Shown here in pieces: positions 19,107 through 29,707 of a stretch of DNA of 64,000 nt (positions are counted from its first letter, which is position 1; each line of letters opens with the position of its first letter). The stretch lies in the NCBI GenBank assembly GCA_965243135.1, contig OZ251539.1, forward strand, positions 4,864,001 to 4,928,000. Reading direction: 5' to 3'. Position numbers and translations under genes: made by a program. The notes under the pieces were generated by a model. It saw nothing but the letters and a program-made list of their open reading frames with translations, did not search any database and was not told the origin of the DNA. Source of the DNA: Alphaproteobacteria bacterium. GTDB lineage: Bacteria > Pseudomonadota > Alphaproteobacteria > MPNO01 > UBA830.

Positions 19107-20365
19107 TTCGTCGTCTCCTTGCGTTGTCTTTCCGACCCGGCCCCTGCCGTCTCCGGCGTCGCCCGCCCGCCGCCACCCCGTTTTGGCAAGCCGACTGCGT
19201 TCCCCTTTATACCATCGTTCTCCGTTTTACCATAGCGTGGATTGCCGCGTCCAGCTGAAATCGACGGACGCGCGAATTTCTGCTTCCGCGAGCGCGCGTC
19301 TTCCCCCGCCAATCTCGCGACCTTCTTCATCACCGTCGGCAACGCGTGATCCTCCAGCCTGCGGCACCAGACGCCTTCTATGCCGTCCGTCCGAGGCACG
19401 TGCGCCGCCAATACGGAAAGCTCCAGCCGGAAATGGGTGAAAGCGTGGCGCACGATTCCGTCGACCGGGCGCCAGTCCGCTTCGACCGGCGCTTCCTTCT
19501 CGGCGGCGGCGCGGGACCACCCCTCCTCGCGCCACGCGGTGGATGGAACCTCCATCAACCCGCCCAACAGGCCGTTTTCGGGCCGGCGGCGAAGAAGCAC
19601 GTCTCCATCCGGCGACGTGATCCAGAACGCGACCCCTCGCCGCGTCGGGAGTTCCGGTTTGGGGGGCCTGCGCGGCAGCGCCGCGGCGTCGCCCCGGGCA
19701 TGCGCGGCGCACGCTTCCTTCAGGGGGCAGACGGAGCAGGCAGGCGTTCCCGGCGCGCAAACCGTCGCCCCGAGATCCATGACGGCCTGCGCGTAGTCCC
19801 CGCAGCGGCTTTCCGGCGTCAGCGACGCCGCCATGTCGCGCAGAATCCTCTTCGCCGCCGGCAACGGCGCGTCGACCGCGAACAGCCGGGCCATGACGCG
19901 CTCCACGTTGCCGTCGACCGGCGTCGACCGGCGTTCGAACGCGATGGCCGCGATCGCGGCGGCGGTGTAGGGACCGATGCCCGGCAACGCTCGCAGATCT
20001 TCCTCGCGATCGGGAAACGCGCCGAGATCGACGACCGACATCGCGCATTTGTGGAGGTTCCGCGCCCGCGCGTAGTATCCGAGCCCCGCCCAGGCGTGCA
20101 GAACCTCGTCGAGGCTCGCGGCGGCGAGATCTCGGACGGTGGGCCACCGCCGAATGAACGTCTCGTAATAGCGCGCCACGGCGGCGGCCGTCGTCTGCTG
20201 CAGCATCACTTCGCTGAGCCATACCGCGTAGGGATCGGGCCGAATGCCCGGCGGAGCACGCCAGGGAAGGACGCGGCGCTTCCGGTCATACCAGGCGAGC
20301 AGCGCCCGCGCGCAATCTTCCGTTGCCCGGGGCGAGCCCGTCTCGCGCGTAAGTTGCTGATTCAC
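19103..20365 (-). CDS. mutY: A/G-specific adenine glycosylase
   Basis: WLSEVMLQQT, LGYYARARNLH, LPGIGPYTA, VDGNVERV, Fe-S motif C-x6-C-x2-C-x5-C; long non-conserved C-terminal tail. Confidence 0.95.
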   Translation of the reverse strand: MNQQLTRETGSPRATEDCARALLAWYDRKRRVLPWRAPPGIRPDPYAVWLSEVMLQQTTAAAVARYYETFIRRWPTVRDLAAASLDEVLHAWAGLGYYARARNLHKCAMSVVDLGAFPDREEDLRALPGIGPYTAAAIAAIAFERRSTPVDGNVERVMARLFAVDAPLPAAKRILRDMAASLTPESRCGDYAQAVMDLGATVCAPGTPACSVCPLKEACAAHARGDAAALPRRPPKPELPTRRGVAFWITSPDGDVLLRRRPENGLLGGLMEVPSTAWREEGWSRAAAEKEAPVEADWRPVDGIVRHAFTHFRLELSVLAAHVPRTDGIEGVWCRRLEDHALPTVMKKVARLAGEDARSRKQKFARPSISAGRGNPRYGKTENDGIKGNAVGLPKRGGGGRATPETAGAGSERQRKETTK

Positions 20366-20388
20366 GATCCCGAGAATAACATGCCGGC

Positions 20389-20877
20389 ATGGCCGGAAAA
20401 CGACATGACGACCAGCGGCGCAGGGCGAGCGGCCTGTTGGGCATCTCCGTCAGCCTGCCCGCGATCGCCTCGGTCGCCTTGCGGAAGCGCGGGTTCGTCC
20501 AGGCCCGTCTCGCGACCGACTGGCCCGCGATCGTCGGCGAGGAAATCGCGGAAAAAGCGATCCCGCAAAAACTCGTCGCGCCTCCGAAGGGCGGCGCGAG
20601 GCTCCACGTTCGCGTGGAATCCGCGTTCGCGGTCGAACTCAAGCACATCGAGCCGCAGGTTCTCGAACGAATCAACGCCTTCTTCGGATACCGCGCCGTC
20701 GAGAAGTTGTTCCTGGAGCACGGGGCCGTGCCGCCCCGGAAGAAACCCCGGCCGAAGATCCTCCAGGCCGAACCGGCGGCGAACCCGCTTCTGGAACGAA
20801 TCGAGGATGCCGGCCTCCGCGAATCGCTCCGGCGGCTCGGACGGGCGGTGGGCGCCGGGCGCGGCCCGCAACTCTGA
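20389..20877 (+). CDS. DUF721/DciA-family protein
   Basis: RGFVQARLATDWPAIVG...ERINAFFGYRAV; conserved position between mutY and dsbA. Confidence 0.85.
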   Translation: MAGKRHDDQRRRASGLLGISVSLPAIASVALRKRGFVQARLATDWPAIVGEEIAEKAIPQKLVAPPKGGARLHVRVESAFAVELKHIEPQVLERINAFFGYRAVEKLFLEHGAVPPRKKPRPKILQAEPAANPLLERIEDAGLRESLRRLGRAVGAGRGPQL

Positions 20878-21003
20878 GTTCTCCCTGTCGGCGGGCGCCC
20901 GGAAGCGGCGCGGACGCGCATCCGGGAAACCGTCGATCATGCGGTAGACGATTCAATCTCTGCCATATATGGTGTGAAACGAGCTGAAGAGGAGTTACCG
21001 GAC

Positions 21004-21627
21004 ATGTGGAAAACGCTGTTCGCTGCAACGGTCGCCCTCGCGGTGTCGGCCGGGGCGCCGCAGGCGCAAGAGCCGCCGGCGCCGTCCGGCGAGGTCCCCG
21101 ATCTCAGGATCGACGATTCGGACTATGCGCTGGGTCCGGCCGACGCGAAAGTCGTGGTGGTGGAGTATGCGTCGCTCACCTGCCCGCATTGCGCCGACTT
21201 CCACAAGAACGTGCTGCCCGGCATCAAGAAGGGCTTCATCGACGCCGGCAAGGTCCGTTACGTCTATCGCGATTTCCCGCTCGACCGCGTCGCGCTCGCC
21301 GCCGCCTCTGTCGCGCGCTGCGCCGGCCGTCCGAACTTCTTCGGCTTCATCGAAACCTTCTACGCGACGCAGGATCGATGGGCGCGCGCGTCCGACCCGA
21401 TCGCCGCCCTGGAGAAGCTCGCCCGCCTCGGCGGCATGTCGAAAGAGAAATTCGACGGCTGCTTCGGAGACGCCGCCGTCGGCGACGAAATCCTGAAGCG
21501 GCGGCTGGAAGCGTCCGAGGATTTCAAGGTGACGGGCACGCCGACCCTGTTCGTGAACGGGAAACGGTACGGCGCCATGTCGCTCGACCAGTTCGAAACG
21601 CTTCTCGGCCGCTTGCTGTCGGAATAG
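21004..21627 (+). CDS. DsbA-family thioredoxin-fold protein
   Basis: Signal peptide, EYASLTCPHCADFH, YRDFPLD, GTPTLFVNG. Confidence 0.9.
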   Translation: MWKTLFAATVALAVSAGAPQAQEPPAPSGEVPDLRIDDSDYALGPADAKVVVVEYASLTCPHCADFHKNVLPGIKKGFIDAGKVRYVYRDFPLDRVALAAASVARCAGRPNFFGFIETFYATQDRWARASDPIAALEKLARLGGMSKEKFDGCFGDAAVGDEILKRRLEASEDFKVTGTPTLFVNGKRYGAMSLDQFETLLGRLLSE

Positions 21628-21655
21628 CGGACCGACGGAAGGGAGATCCTGAAAG

Positions 21656-24600
21656 TTGCAGTTCGACCGCATGCGAATCGCCGGATTCAAGTCCTTCGTC
21701 GAGCCGACCGAACTCCTCTTCGAGGAAGGCTTGACCGGCGTCGTGGGACCGAACGGCTGCGGTAAATCGAACCTCGTCGAAGCTTTGCGCTGGGCCATGG
21801 GCGAAACCTCCGCAAGGCAGGTGCGCGGCAGCGAGATGGACGACGTCATCTTCTCCGGCGCGGCCAACAGGCCTCCGCGCAACCTTGCCGAGGTGATTCT
21901 CACGCTCGACAATTCCGATCGACGCCTGCCCGCGCAGTTCAACGACTCCGACCAGATCGAAGTGGCCCGGCGCATCGAACGCGGTCACGGGTCGGCATAC
22001 AGGGTTAACGGAGTCGACGTCAGGGCCCGCGACGTCCAGACGCTGTTCGCCGACGCGGCGAGCGGCGCGCGCTCGATGGCGCTGGTCAGCCAGGGCCGCG
22101 TCGGCGCGATCATCGCCGCGAAGCCGACCGAGCGCCGCGCCTTGCTGGAGGAAGCGGCGGGCATCTCCGGGCTGCATGCCCGGCGCCACGAAGCGGAACT
22201 CCGGCTCCGCGCCGCCGAAGCGAATCTGGAGCGGCTGGAAGACGTCATCGGCGCGCTCGAAGAGCAGCACCGGCAGTTGAAACGGCAGGCGCGGCAGGCC
22301 ACGCGCTACCGCAATCTGTCCGACCACATTCGCAGGCACGAAGCGATTCTTCTCCACCTGCGCTGGACCGCGGCCGGCGCGGAGAAAGAGCGCGCCGCCG
22401 AAGAATTCGCGGCCGTCGAGGCGCAGGTCGCCGAGCGGACGCGATCGGTCGCCGCGGCCGCGACCGCCCAGGCGAACGCGTCGACCGCCCTGCCCGGCCT
22501 GCGGAACGACGAAGCGGAGGCGGCCGCGGCGCTGCAGCGCCTGACGGCGGCGCGCAACGCGCTCGATGCCGAGGAACGGCGCATCGACGCCGCGCGAAAC
22601 GAAACCGCGACGCGCATCGCCCAGATAGACGGCGACGCCGAACGCGAGCGCGGCATCGGCGCCGAGGCGAAAAAAACGGCCGCCGAACTCGAGACGGAGG
22701 CCGAAGGGATCGAAACGGCGCGGCGGCGCGAAGCCGGAGAGATCGAGGAATCGGGAAAACGGCTGGCGAACGCGGAACAAGGAGTCGGCGAAAGCGAGCG
22801 AACGCTTGCCGAGCTCATGCGCTCGGTGGTTGCGGACGAGACTCGCGAAGCGGCGCTGAAGCGGCAACTCGCGGAATTTGGGGACCGCCGCAAACGGCTT
22901 GACGAGCGCCTCGGCGGAATCGCGGCGGAACGCCGCGCGGCCGAGGCGGAAGCGGACGACGACGGCGCGCTCGACGAGGCGCGCCGGGCCGTGTCGGAAG
23001 CGCGGCGCGTTCTGGAGGCGCGCCGGGCCGTGTCGGAAGCGGAGGAAACGCGCGCGGCGGAAGCCCGCGCCGCCGACAACGACGCGCGCGAGGCGCATCA
23101 GGCCGCCGAAACGGCGGCAGCCAAGCTGCGCGCGGAAAAGGAGGCGCTTACGGAACTTCTGGAAGTCGCGGACCCGCAGCTATGGCCGCCCATGATCGAC
23201 GCGGTCGCGGTGCAGCCCGGATACGAAGTGGCGCTCGGAGCGGCGCTCGGCGACGATCTCGTCGCGTCGTCCGACGAGGCGTCGCCGGTTCACTGGCGCA
23301 ACCTGCCCGCCCTGTCCGACGCGCCCGAATTACCCGAAGGGGTCGAAGTTCTCGGCGACAATGTCGCAGGACCGCCCGGTCTCGCCCGCCGACTTTCGCA
23401 GATCGGTGTCGTCGGCGACGACGAACAGGGATGGGCGCTGTTCGGGCGTCTCGCGCAGGGACAGCGGCTGGTTTCGAAGAACGGAGCCCTCTGGCGCTGG
23501 GACGGCTTCACGGCGACCGCCGGCGCGCCGACCGCGGCCGCGACGCGCCTCGCGCAGCGTAACCGCCTGGAGGCGATGCGCGGCGATTTCGCCGCCGCCG
23601 AACGCTGCGAGGAGGAAACGAGCGCGCGGCGCGAAGAAACCGGCCTCGCCGCGCAAGCCGCGTCGGAACGCGAGCGCGCGGCGCGGACGGCGGCGCGGGA
23701 AGCCGACGAGGCGTTCCAGAAGGCCCGCGACGCCGCATCGTCCCTGGCGGAAAAGACGGCCGAGGCGCGCTCCCGCGTCAACGGCCTGATCGAAGCCGGC
23801 GAACGGATCGGAACCGACCTGACCGAACTGGCCGACCAGGAAAAAACCGCAAGGGAACAGCTCGAGACCCTCTCCGACGTCGGCGAGCGGCGATCCATGG
23901 TCGAACGCCGGCAGCGAGAGCTCGCCGAGCGCCGCGCGCGGCTCACGGAAGCCCGCAGCGCCCACGACCGCTTGAGCCGGGAAGCCGCGAGCCGCGCCCA
24001 ACGTCTCAAGATGATCGCGAACGAGCTCCAGTCATGGCGCAACCGTTCGGAAAACGCGGCGCAGCAGCTTGACCGCCTGGCGGAACGACGGGCGCTGGAA
24101 GTCGCGGAACTGGACAAGCTTCGGGCGCGGCCGAGGGAAATCGCCGAAGAGCGGACCGCCCTGCTCGACCGCAGCGAGGCGGCGGAAAAACGGCGCAACG
24201 AGGCCGCCGACGCCCTTGCCGTCGCCGAAACGCAGCTCGACGAGCTTACCCGCGACTTGCGCCGCAGCGAAGCGCGCCTCGCCGAAACGCGGGAAGAACG
24301 GATCAGAAAGGAAGCCGCGATCGGACAGGTCGAGCAGAAGCTCGCCGCGATAGCGGAACGCGTCGCGGAACGTCTGGAATGCTCGCCGGAAAACGCGCTG
24401 GCCTCGGTCGGCCTTTCCTCAGACGAGGAACTGCCGCCGCAGGACGCGGCCGAAACCAAGCTGGAACGGCTGCAGCGGGAACGGGACAACATGGGACCGG
24501 TCAATTTGCGCGCCGAGCCGGAAGCGGCGGAGCTCGACGGCAAGATCCGGAGCATGGAGGCCGAGCGCGGCGACCTCACCGCCGCGATTTCCAAGCTGCG

Positions 24601-25117
24601 TCACGGAATCTCGGGCCTCAACCGCGAAGGCAGGGAGCGGCTGCTCGCCGCCTTCAGCGAGGTCGACGAACATTTTCGGGAACTGTTCGGCAGGCTGTTC
24701 GGCGGCGGGCGGGCTCACCTGCAGCTCACGGAAGCGGCGGATCCATTGGAAGCCGGCCTCGAAGTCTACGTGAGTCCTCCCGGAAAGCGGCTGCAAAGCA
24801 TGACGCTGCTGTCGGGCGGGGAACAGGCGCTCACGGCGCTCGCTCTGCTGTTCGCGGTCTTCCTCACCAACCCCGCGCCGGTCTGCGTCCTCGACGAGGT
24901 GGACGCGCCGCTGGACGACAGCAACGTCGATCGCTTTTGCGCGCTGCTGGACGAAATGACGCGCCAGTTGCGGACGCGCTACCTGCTGGTGACCCACCAC
25001 CGCCTGACGATGGCGCGCATGGACCGGCTGTACGGCGTGACGATGGCGGAACCCGGCGTGTCGCAAATCGTTTCCGTCGACCTGCAGACTGCCGAACGAC
25101 TCCGTCAATCCGCCTGA
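21656..25117 (+). CDS. smc: chromosome segregation protein SMC
   Basis: GFKSF, GPNGCGKSN, long coiled coils, LLSGGEQ, LDEVDAPLD. Confidence 0.97.
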   Translation: MQFDRMRIAGFKSFVEPTELLFEEGLTGVVGPNGCGKSNLVEALRWAMGETSARQVRGSEMDDVIFSGAANRPPRNLAEVILTLDNSDRRLPAQFNDSDQIEVARRIERGHGSAYRVNGVDVRARDVQTLFADAASGARSMALVSQGRVGAIIAAKPTERRALLEEAAGISGLHARRHEAELRLRAAEANLERLEDVIGALEEQHRQLKRQARQATRYRNLSDHIRRHEAILLHLRWTAAGAEKERAAEEFAAVEAQVAERTRSVAAAATAQANASTALPGLRNDEAEAAAALQRLTAARNALDAEERRIDAARNETATRIAQIDGDAERERGIGAEAKKTAAELETEAEGIETARRREAGEIEESGKRLANAEQGVGESERTLAELMRSVVADETREAALKRQLAEFGDRRKRLDERLGGIAAERRAAEAEADDDGALDEARRAVSEARRVLEARRAVSEAEETRAAEARAADNDAREAHQAAETAAAKLRAEKEALTELLEVADPQLWPPMIDAVAVQPGYEVALGAALGDDLVASSDEASPVHWRNLPALSDAPELPEGVEVLGDNVAGPPGLARRLSQIGVVGDDEQGWALFGRLAQGQRLVSKNGALWRWDGFTATAGAPTAAATRLAQRNRLEAMRGDFAAAERCEEETSARREETGLAAQAASERERAARTAAREADEAFQKARDAASSLAEKTAEARSRVNGLIEAGERIGTDLTELADQEKTAREQLETLSDVGERRSMVERRQRELAERRARLTEARSAHDRLSREAASRAQRLKMIANELQSWRNRSENAAQQLDRLAERRALEVAELDKLRARPREIAEERTALLDRSEAAEKRRNEAADALAVAETQLDELTRDLRRSEARLAETREERIRKEAAIGQVEQKLAAIAERVAERLECSPENALASVGLSSDEELPPQDAAETKLERLQRERDNMGPVNLRAEPEAAELDGKIRSMEAERGDLTAAISKLRHGISGLNREGRERLLAAFSEVDEHFRELFGRLFGGGRAHLQLTEAADPLEAGLEVYVSPPGKRLQSMTLLSGGEQALTALALLFAVFLTNPAPVCVLDEVDAPLDDSNVDRFCALLDEMTRQLRTRYLLVTHHRLTMARMDRLYGVTMAEPGVSQIVSVDLQTAERLRQSA

Positions 25118-25602
25118 CCTCGGCAAGACGCTGCCGCCGGCCTCGCGGAGATGCGGACAGCGGGCGAGGAACCGCCCGGAAGCGCAAGCCTTGGCGCCCC
25201 GGGCTTGGCCTTCTGCAGGCGGCCGAGCGTATGCGCGACCGGTTGCCGGACAGGCGCGCGGCTTGAAGCGGCGCCGCGATCATTGGCTTAGAATGGCGGT
25301 TCGGCAGTTTTGACGAGCTCCGTCAAAGCGAGCCTCGACTCGCCGTCGGTCGATTTCCGAAGGTCGCGAGAATATTCCGGCTCGGCACCGACGCCCGGAC
25401 CGTTCGACTTGCTTCGGCTGAAAATTCCGGCTGCGCTGCCCGATGTCATGGACGGTCGGCACGTGGACGATTCGTTGAAGCGGGATAAGCGAGACCATGA
25501 ACGGCCGTTTCCGTCCCCAGTCTCGCGTCCCGGCGGACACGCCGTAACGGAACTCGAAAAAGGGGCACTTTCGTCTGTGGACGATCAACCGAGGAACGGA
25601 AA

Positions 25603-25881
25603 ATGACCACGCGCAAAATCACTATCGACATTCCGGAAAGCGCGCTGACGGCCGCAAAGACGGACGAGCGCGCTTTCGCTCGCGAACTCCCCGTGCTGGC
25701 CGCGATCAAGCTTTACGAGCTTGGGCGTCTTTCATCCGGACAGGCTGCGGAACTCGCCGGAATGGCCCGTGCCGAATTCCTGTTTGCGCTTGATCGTCAC
25801 AAGGTCTTTCCATTCGAGACGGAGTTGAGCGACCTGGAGGATGGTCGGCGGCGGGGGCCGCGCCGGATATCCGAAGGTTGA
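25603..25881 (+). CDS. UPF0175-family (putative antitoxin) protein
   Basis: LAAIKLYELGRLSSGQAAELAGMARAEFL. Confidence 0.8.
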   Translation: MTTRKITIDIPESALTAAKTDERAFARELPVLAAIKLYELGRLSSGQAAELAGMARAEFLFALDRHKVFPFETELSDLEDGRRRGPRRISEG

Positions 25882-25939
25882 CTGGGCTGCGTGTGCGTCC
25901 CGGGCTGCGGATGGCGGAGCCTGCTCGTCCGTGAAAGGG

Positions 25940-26060
25940 CTTGCGCCGCGCCGTAGCGGCGACATGGTTCTCGTTGTGGGCGGCGTGGTGAAGCGGCGAG
26001 TGCTCCCGGTTGTCCGCGGCGTCGAGATCGGCGGCCGGGGAGGCGACGATCGGCGCGCCC
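25940..26060 (-). pseudogene. ankyrin-repeat gene remnant paralogous to the Rpn N-terminus
   Basis: ADLDAADNREHSPLHHAAHNEN; 25967-26033 matches 18873-18939 at 57/67 nt by hand alignment. Confidence 0.7.
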
Positions 26061-26447
26061 CTTTCCGGACCTCGGCGGCGTAGAGGGCACGACCCTTTCG
26101 GTCTTTCGGGTCGTTCGGCGCGGCACGCAGGTTTCGTCTCTTCCGAAAGCCGACCGTTGCCCGGCGTGGCTGCCTCGAAACCTGCGTTCGCGCCGCGGAA
26201 CGACGGCGCGCTCGAGGAGAGCTCGCCGACAGAGCCGGAAGCTGCGCCCCGACCGGCGACTCCGCCGACAGGCGGTTCCCCTCGAAGCGCAGCCGCGCCT
26301 CGCGAAACTTCCCGCATTCCCGCTGTCCGGGTCGTCTCCGTTCTTCTTTCGGAGACGCTCGGCGGGACGACTCGTGGACTGCCTGAACCGGAAAGATCGT
26401 CCGGCGCGCGGACCGTCGTCCGTTAACGACGTGCAGTCGCGTCAGGG

Positions 26448-27795
26448 TGTCAAGAACATTTTGAACTGACCGGATTATGTACCAAATTAATTGACCGCTT
26501 CCGTTGTAGTGGTTGGGCCTGTGGGGAAGTGGTCAGGCGCGAAGCGGCTGTCCACTTCAGGCCTCCGGAGAATCGCGTCGAAGCGGGTCACGCGGCCTTC
26601 CGGGTTGCGGTTTCGAACGGAGCCCCGTCGGCCCGGTAGAGAGCGAGGCGTCTGGGGCCGTGGAAGACGGCAAGGGTGTGGTCGGGGTACTCGTGGACCC
26701 GGACCCTGGCCTTGACGTAGTGGTGACGGTCGGCCGGGATCTGCAGAGTGCGTCCCTTGTACCGCACCGTGTTGTCGTTCGAGCCGCTCCTCGTGGACAC
26801 AGAGGATGTCGTCCAAGGTGCCGGCGAAGGGCACGAAGGCCGCCCCCTCGACCTCGGGCGGGGTAGCGAAGCGCCGGTTGTGGTCCGGCAGGTAGACCTG
26901 CTTGAGGAAGCGGTTGGCCTCGGCCATGTCGGAGATGCCGGCGAGCCTGAGTTCCTGGGGCAGGCGCTTCTGCAGGGTGCCGAACCTCCGAGCGCCCCCG
27001 AGCCTCGGGCGAGTAGGCGGCGACGTGCTCGATGCCGAGCTGGCGAAGGGCGCGCCCGACCTGGGTCGGGTTGTCCTTGTCGACCTTGCCGCCGGCCTCG
27101 GGCGTGTGGAAGTAGTGGCTGCCGCGGTCGGTGTAGAACGAGCAGAACAGCCCGCGCTCGCCGACCACCTCGCGAAGCGCCTGGAAAGTCGACATGGTGC
27201 CTTCCTCGGCGACGAAGAAGGCCGAGTAGACCTCGCTGGTGGCGTCGTCCATGGTGACGCCCACTGCCGACCCGACACCCACTCGTGGCGCGAGCCGTCC
27301 TGGTGCAGCGCCGGGCAGCGCCCGCCGCGGGCGCTTGCGCCGGTGGGCGCCGCGCCGCGGAGCGGCTCGCACGCGGCCATGGGCCTGCAAAGTCAGCCGG
27401 ACCCAGTTGTAGCTGCGCTGGACGCCATGGCAGGCGACCAGCTTCTCGTGAAAGTGCTTGGCGTTGAAGTCCCAGTACCGGGTGTCGAACAATTCCAGAA
27501 CCTGCGCCACCTCGTCCACGTCGGCCCGGCGCGCCGAGACCCGGCCCAGGCGGCGGTCGTACAACCCTTCCGCGCCCTCCGCCTCGTAGCGATCGCGCCA
27601 GCGCCGGAAGGTGCGTTCCGAAACGCCCTCCGCCGCCTCGCCTTGGCTCAGCACCACGGGTGCGACCGTATACCTCTTCGAACTTCATCAATCTCAGTCC
27701 CTGTCGTTGTTCCGTCCGCCGCCACCTCCTTTGGTCTGGAAGCCTTCTAAGAGATCATTTGGTACATGGACCGGACATATCATCTGTTACTGACA
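26448..27795 (-). mobile_element. IS1202-family (ISNCY) insertion sequence, frameshifted transposase, 17-bp target duplication
   Basis: TGTCA...TGACA ends with imperfect ~40-bp IRs sharing ATGTACCAAAT; GTGCAGTCGCGTCAGGG at 26431-26447 and 27796-27812; HQDGSRHEW, MDDATSE, FYTDRGSHYF, AYSPEARGRSE. Confidence 0.9.
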
Positions 27796-27812
27796 GTGCA
27801 GTCGCGTCAGGG

Positions 27813-27841
27813 TTGACAGCGTCCTGATCGCCCCGTATTTT
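27813..27841 (+). promoter_or_regulatory. sigma70 promoter of the atp F0 operon
   Basis: TTGACA-17 bp-TATTTT. Confidence 0.65.
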
Positions 27842-27892
27842 GCGCGGGTTTTCGCAGGCGCGGAATCGCAGCGGGATCTTGCGCAATTTTCA

Positions 27893-28216
27893 ATGGCGGA
27901 GCGTGATTCACCGGAGCCCGGCGGTGGTCTGGACGAACGGTTGCGCCGATTTCGGGAGGATCGGGCGCCCGTCGAAACGCCCAGGCCGCAGGGGCTGGGC
28001 TTCGCGATGCGCATCGGCACGGAGCTGGTGGCGGCGTTGATCGTCGGAACCGGTCTCGGTTACCTGCTCGACGCCTGGATGGAAACCCTGCCGCTGATGT
28101 CGCTGCTGGGCTTCTTCTTCGGCGCGGCGGCGGGAATGTTGAACGTCTACCGGATCGCCACGGGCCGCAGCGGGGCCGTGGGATGGCGGTCGGGGCCTGG
28201 AAGCAAGGAGGGCTGA
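27893..28216 (+). CDS. atpI: ATP synthase protein I (AtpZ/AtpI)
   Basis: [21 protein letters not shown]...GMLNVYR; first gene of the operon. Confidence 0.88.
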   Translation: MAERDSPEPGGGLDERLRRFREDRAPVETPRPQGLGFAMRIGTELVAALIVGTGLGYLLDAWMETLPLMSLLGFFFGAAAGMLNVYRIATGRSGAVGWRSGPGSKEG

Positions 28217-28219
28217 CTG

Positions 28220-28957
28220 TTGGCAGCCAGGGAAGGAGACGGGCACAGCCCGCTGGCGCAGTTCGAAATCCGGGAACTGATCCCGCTCGATGTCGCCGGC
28301 CACGACATCTCGTTCACCAATTCCGCGCTGACGATGGTGGTCGCGGTCGCGCTCGTGATCGTGGTCGTCGGCTGCGGCCGGCGAGCGCTGGTGCCCGGGC
28401 GCTGGCAGGCGCTGGCCGAAATCTGCTACGAATTCTGCGCCAACCTGCTCCGCGATACGGTGGGCAACGACGGCCGCAAGTACTTCCCCTTCATCTTCAC
28501 GCTCTTCATGTTCATCCTGTTCGGAAACATGCTAGGCATGATTCCGTACAGCTTCACCTTCACCAGCCACATCATCGTGACTTTCGTCATGGCGATCGTC
28601 GTGTTCGCGGGCGTCACGGTGCTCGGATTCGTGAAGCACGGCGTCCGCTTCTTCGGGTTCTTCGTCCCGCCGGGCGTCTCGCTCGTGATGTGGCCGCTGA
28701 TGATCCCGATCGAAATCATTTCCTACCTGTCGCGCCCCATCAGCCTCGCCGTCCGCCTGTTCGCCAACATGACGGCCGGGCATACGATGCTGAAGGTGTT
28801 CGCGGGTTTCGTGCCGGCGCTCGGCGCCGCGGGAATTTTCCCGCTGGCGTTCGCGACCGCGCTGACCGGGCTGGAGCTGCTCATCGCTTTCCTGCAGGCT
28901 TACGTTTTCACCGTGCTGACTTGCCTGTACATCTCCGACGCCCTGCATCTTCACTGA
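28220..28957 (+). CDS. atpB: F0 ATP synthase subunit a
   Basis: [30 protein letters not shown]. Confidence 0.97.
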   Translation: MAAREGDGHSPLAQFEIRELIPLDVAGHDISFTNSALTMVVAVALVIVVVGCGRRALVPGRWQALAEICYEFCANLLRDTVGNDGRKYFPFIFTLFMFILFGNMLGMIPYSFTFTSHIIVTFVMAIVVFAGVTVLGFVKHGVRFFGFFVPPGVSLVMWPLMIPIEIISYLSRPISLAVRLFANMTAGHTMLKVFAGFVPALGAAGIFPLAFATALTGLELLIAFLQAYVFTVLTCLYISDALHLH

Positions 28958-28980
28958 ACGACCGAACGAAAGGATGGAAC

Positions 28981-29208
28981 ATGGACGCAGCAGCAGCCAA
29001 ACTGATCGGCGCGGGACTCGCGGCGATCGGAGTGATCGGGGCCGGCATCGGCATCGGCAGCATTTTCTCTTCATTCATCTCCGCGGTGGGACGGAACCCC
29101 GCCGCGGCGCCGAACGTCACGCAGATGACCTGGATCGGCTTCGCGTTGGTCGAAGCCATCGCGCTGTACGCTCTGGTCATCGCTTTCCTGATCCTCTTCG
29201 TCTTCTAG
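28981..29208 (+). CDS. atpE: F0 ATP synthase subunit c
   Basis: [23 protein letters not shown]. Confidence 0.96.
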   Translation: MDAAAAKLIGAGLAAIGVIGAGIGIGSIFSSFISAVGRNPAAAPNVTQMTWIGFALVEAIALYALVIAFLILFVF

Positions 29209-29212
29209 TGCC

Positions 29213-29707
29213 GTGCCGCAGATAGAACAGGCCGATACCTTCCTCAGCCAGGCTTTCTGGCTGATCGTGACCTTCGGCTTTCTATACGTCGTCCTCTGGA
29301 AGGCGGTGCTGCCCCGGTTGTCCTCCGTCCTCGTCGAACGTCAGGAACGGATCGACGAGGACGTCCGCATGGCCGAAACGTTCAAAAGGGAAGCGGACGA
29401 GGCGATGGCCGCCTATGATCGCATGATCGCCGAGGCCCGGGACGAGTCCCAGGCGATCATGCGCAAGGCGAACCAGGAACTCGCCGATGCGGCGGCAGCG
29501 CGGCAGGCGGCGTTGACCGCCAAAATCAAGGAGAACGCCGACGCTGCCGAGGCGCGGATCGAGACCGCTCGCGCCGAAGCCGTCGCGCACGTCAAGATCG
29601 TCGCCGCCGAGGTCGCGCAGGCCGCCACCGCCCGGCTGAGCGGCATGGAAGTCTCCGCGGAAGACGCCGAAGCGGCCGTCGCCGACGCAATGCGGGAAGG
29701 AAACTGA
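29213..29707 (+). CDS. atpF2: F0 ATP synthase subunit b'
   Basis: MPQIEQADTFLSQAFWL followed by coiled coil. Confidence 0.9.
   Translation: MPQIEQADTFLSQAFWLIVTFGFLYVVLWKAVLPRLSSVLVERQERIDEDVRMAETFKREADEAMAAYDRMIAEARDESQAIMRKANQELADAAAARQAALTAKIKENADAAEARIETARAEAVAHVKIVAAEVAQAATARLSGMEVSAEDAEAAVADAMREGN

Noticed and set aside
25280-25600. Possible nucleotidyltransferase-like fragment upstream of UPF0175
   Set aside because: Similarity too weak to call by eye
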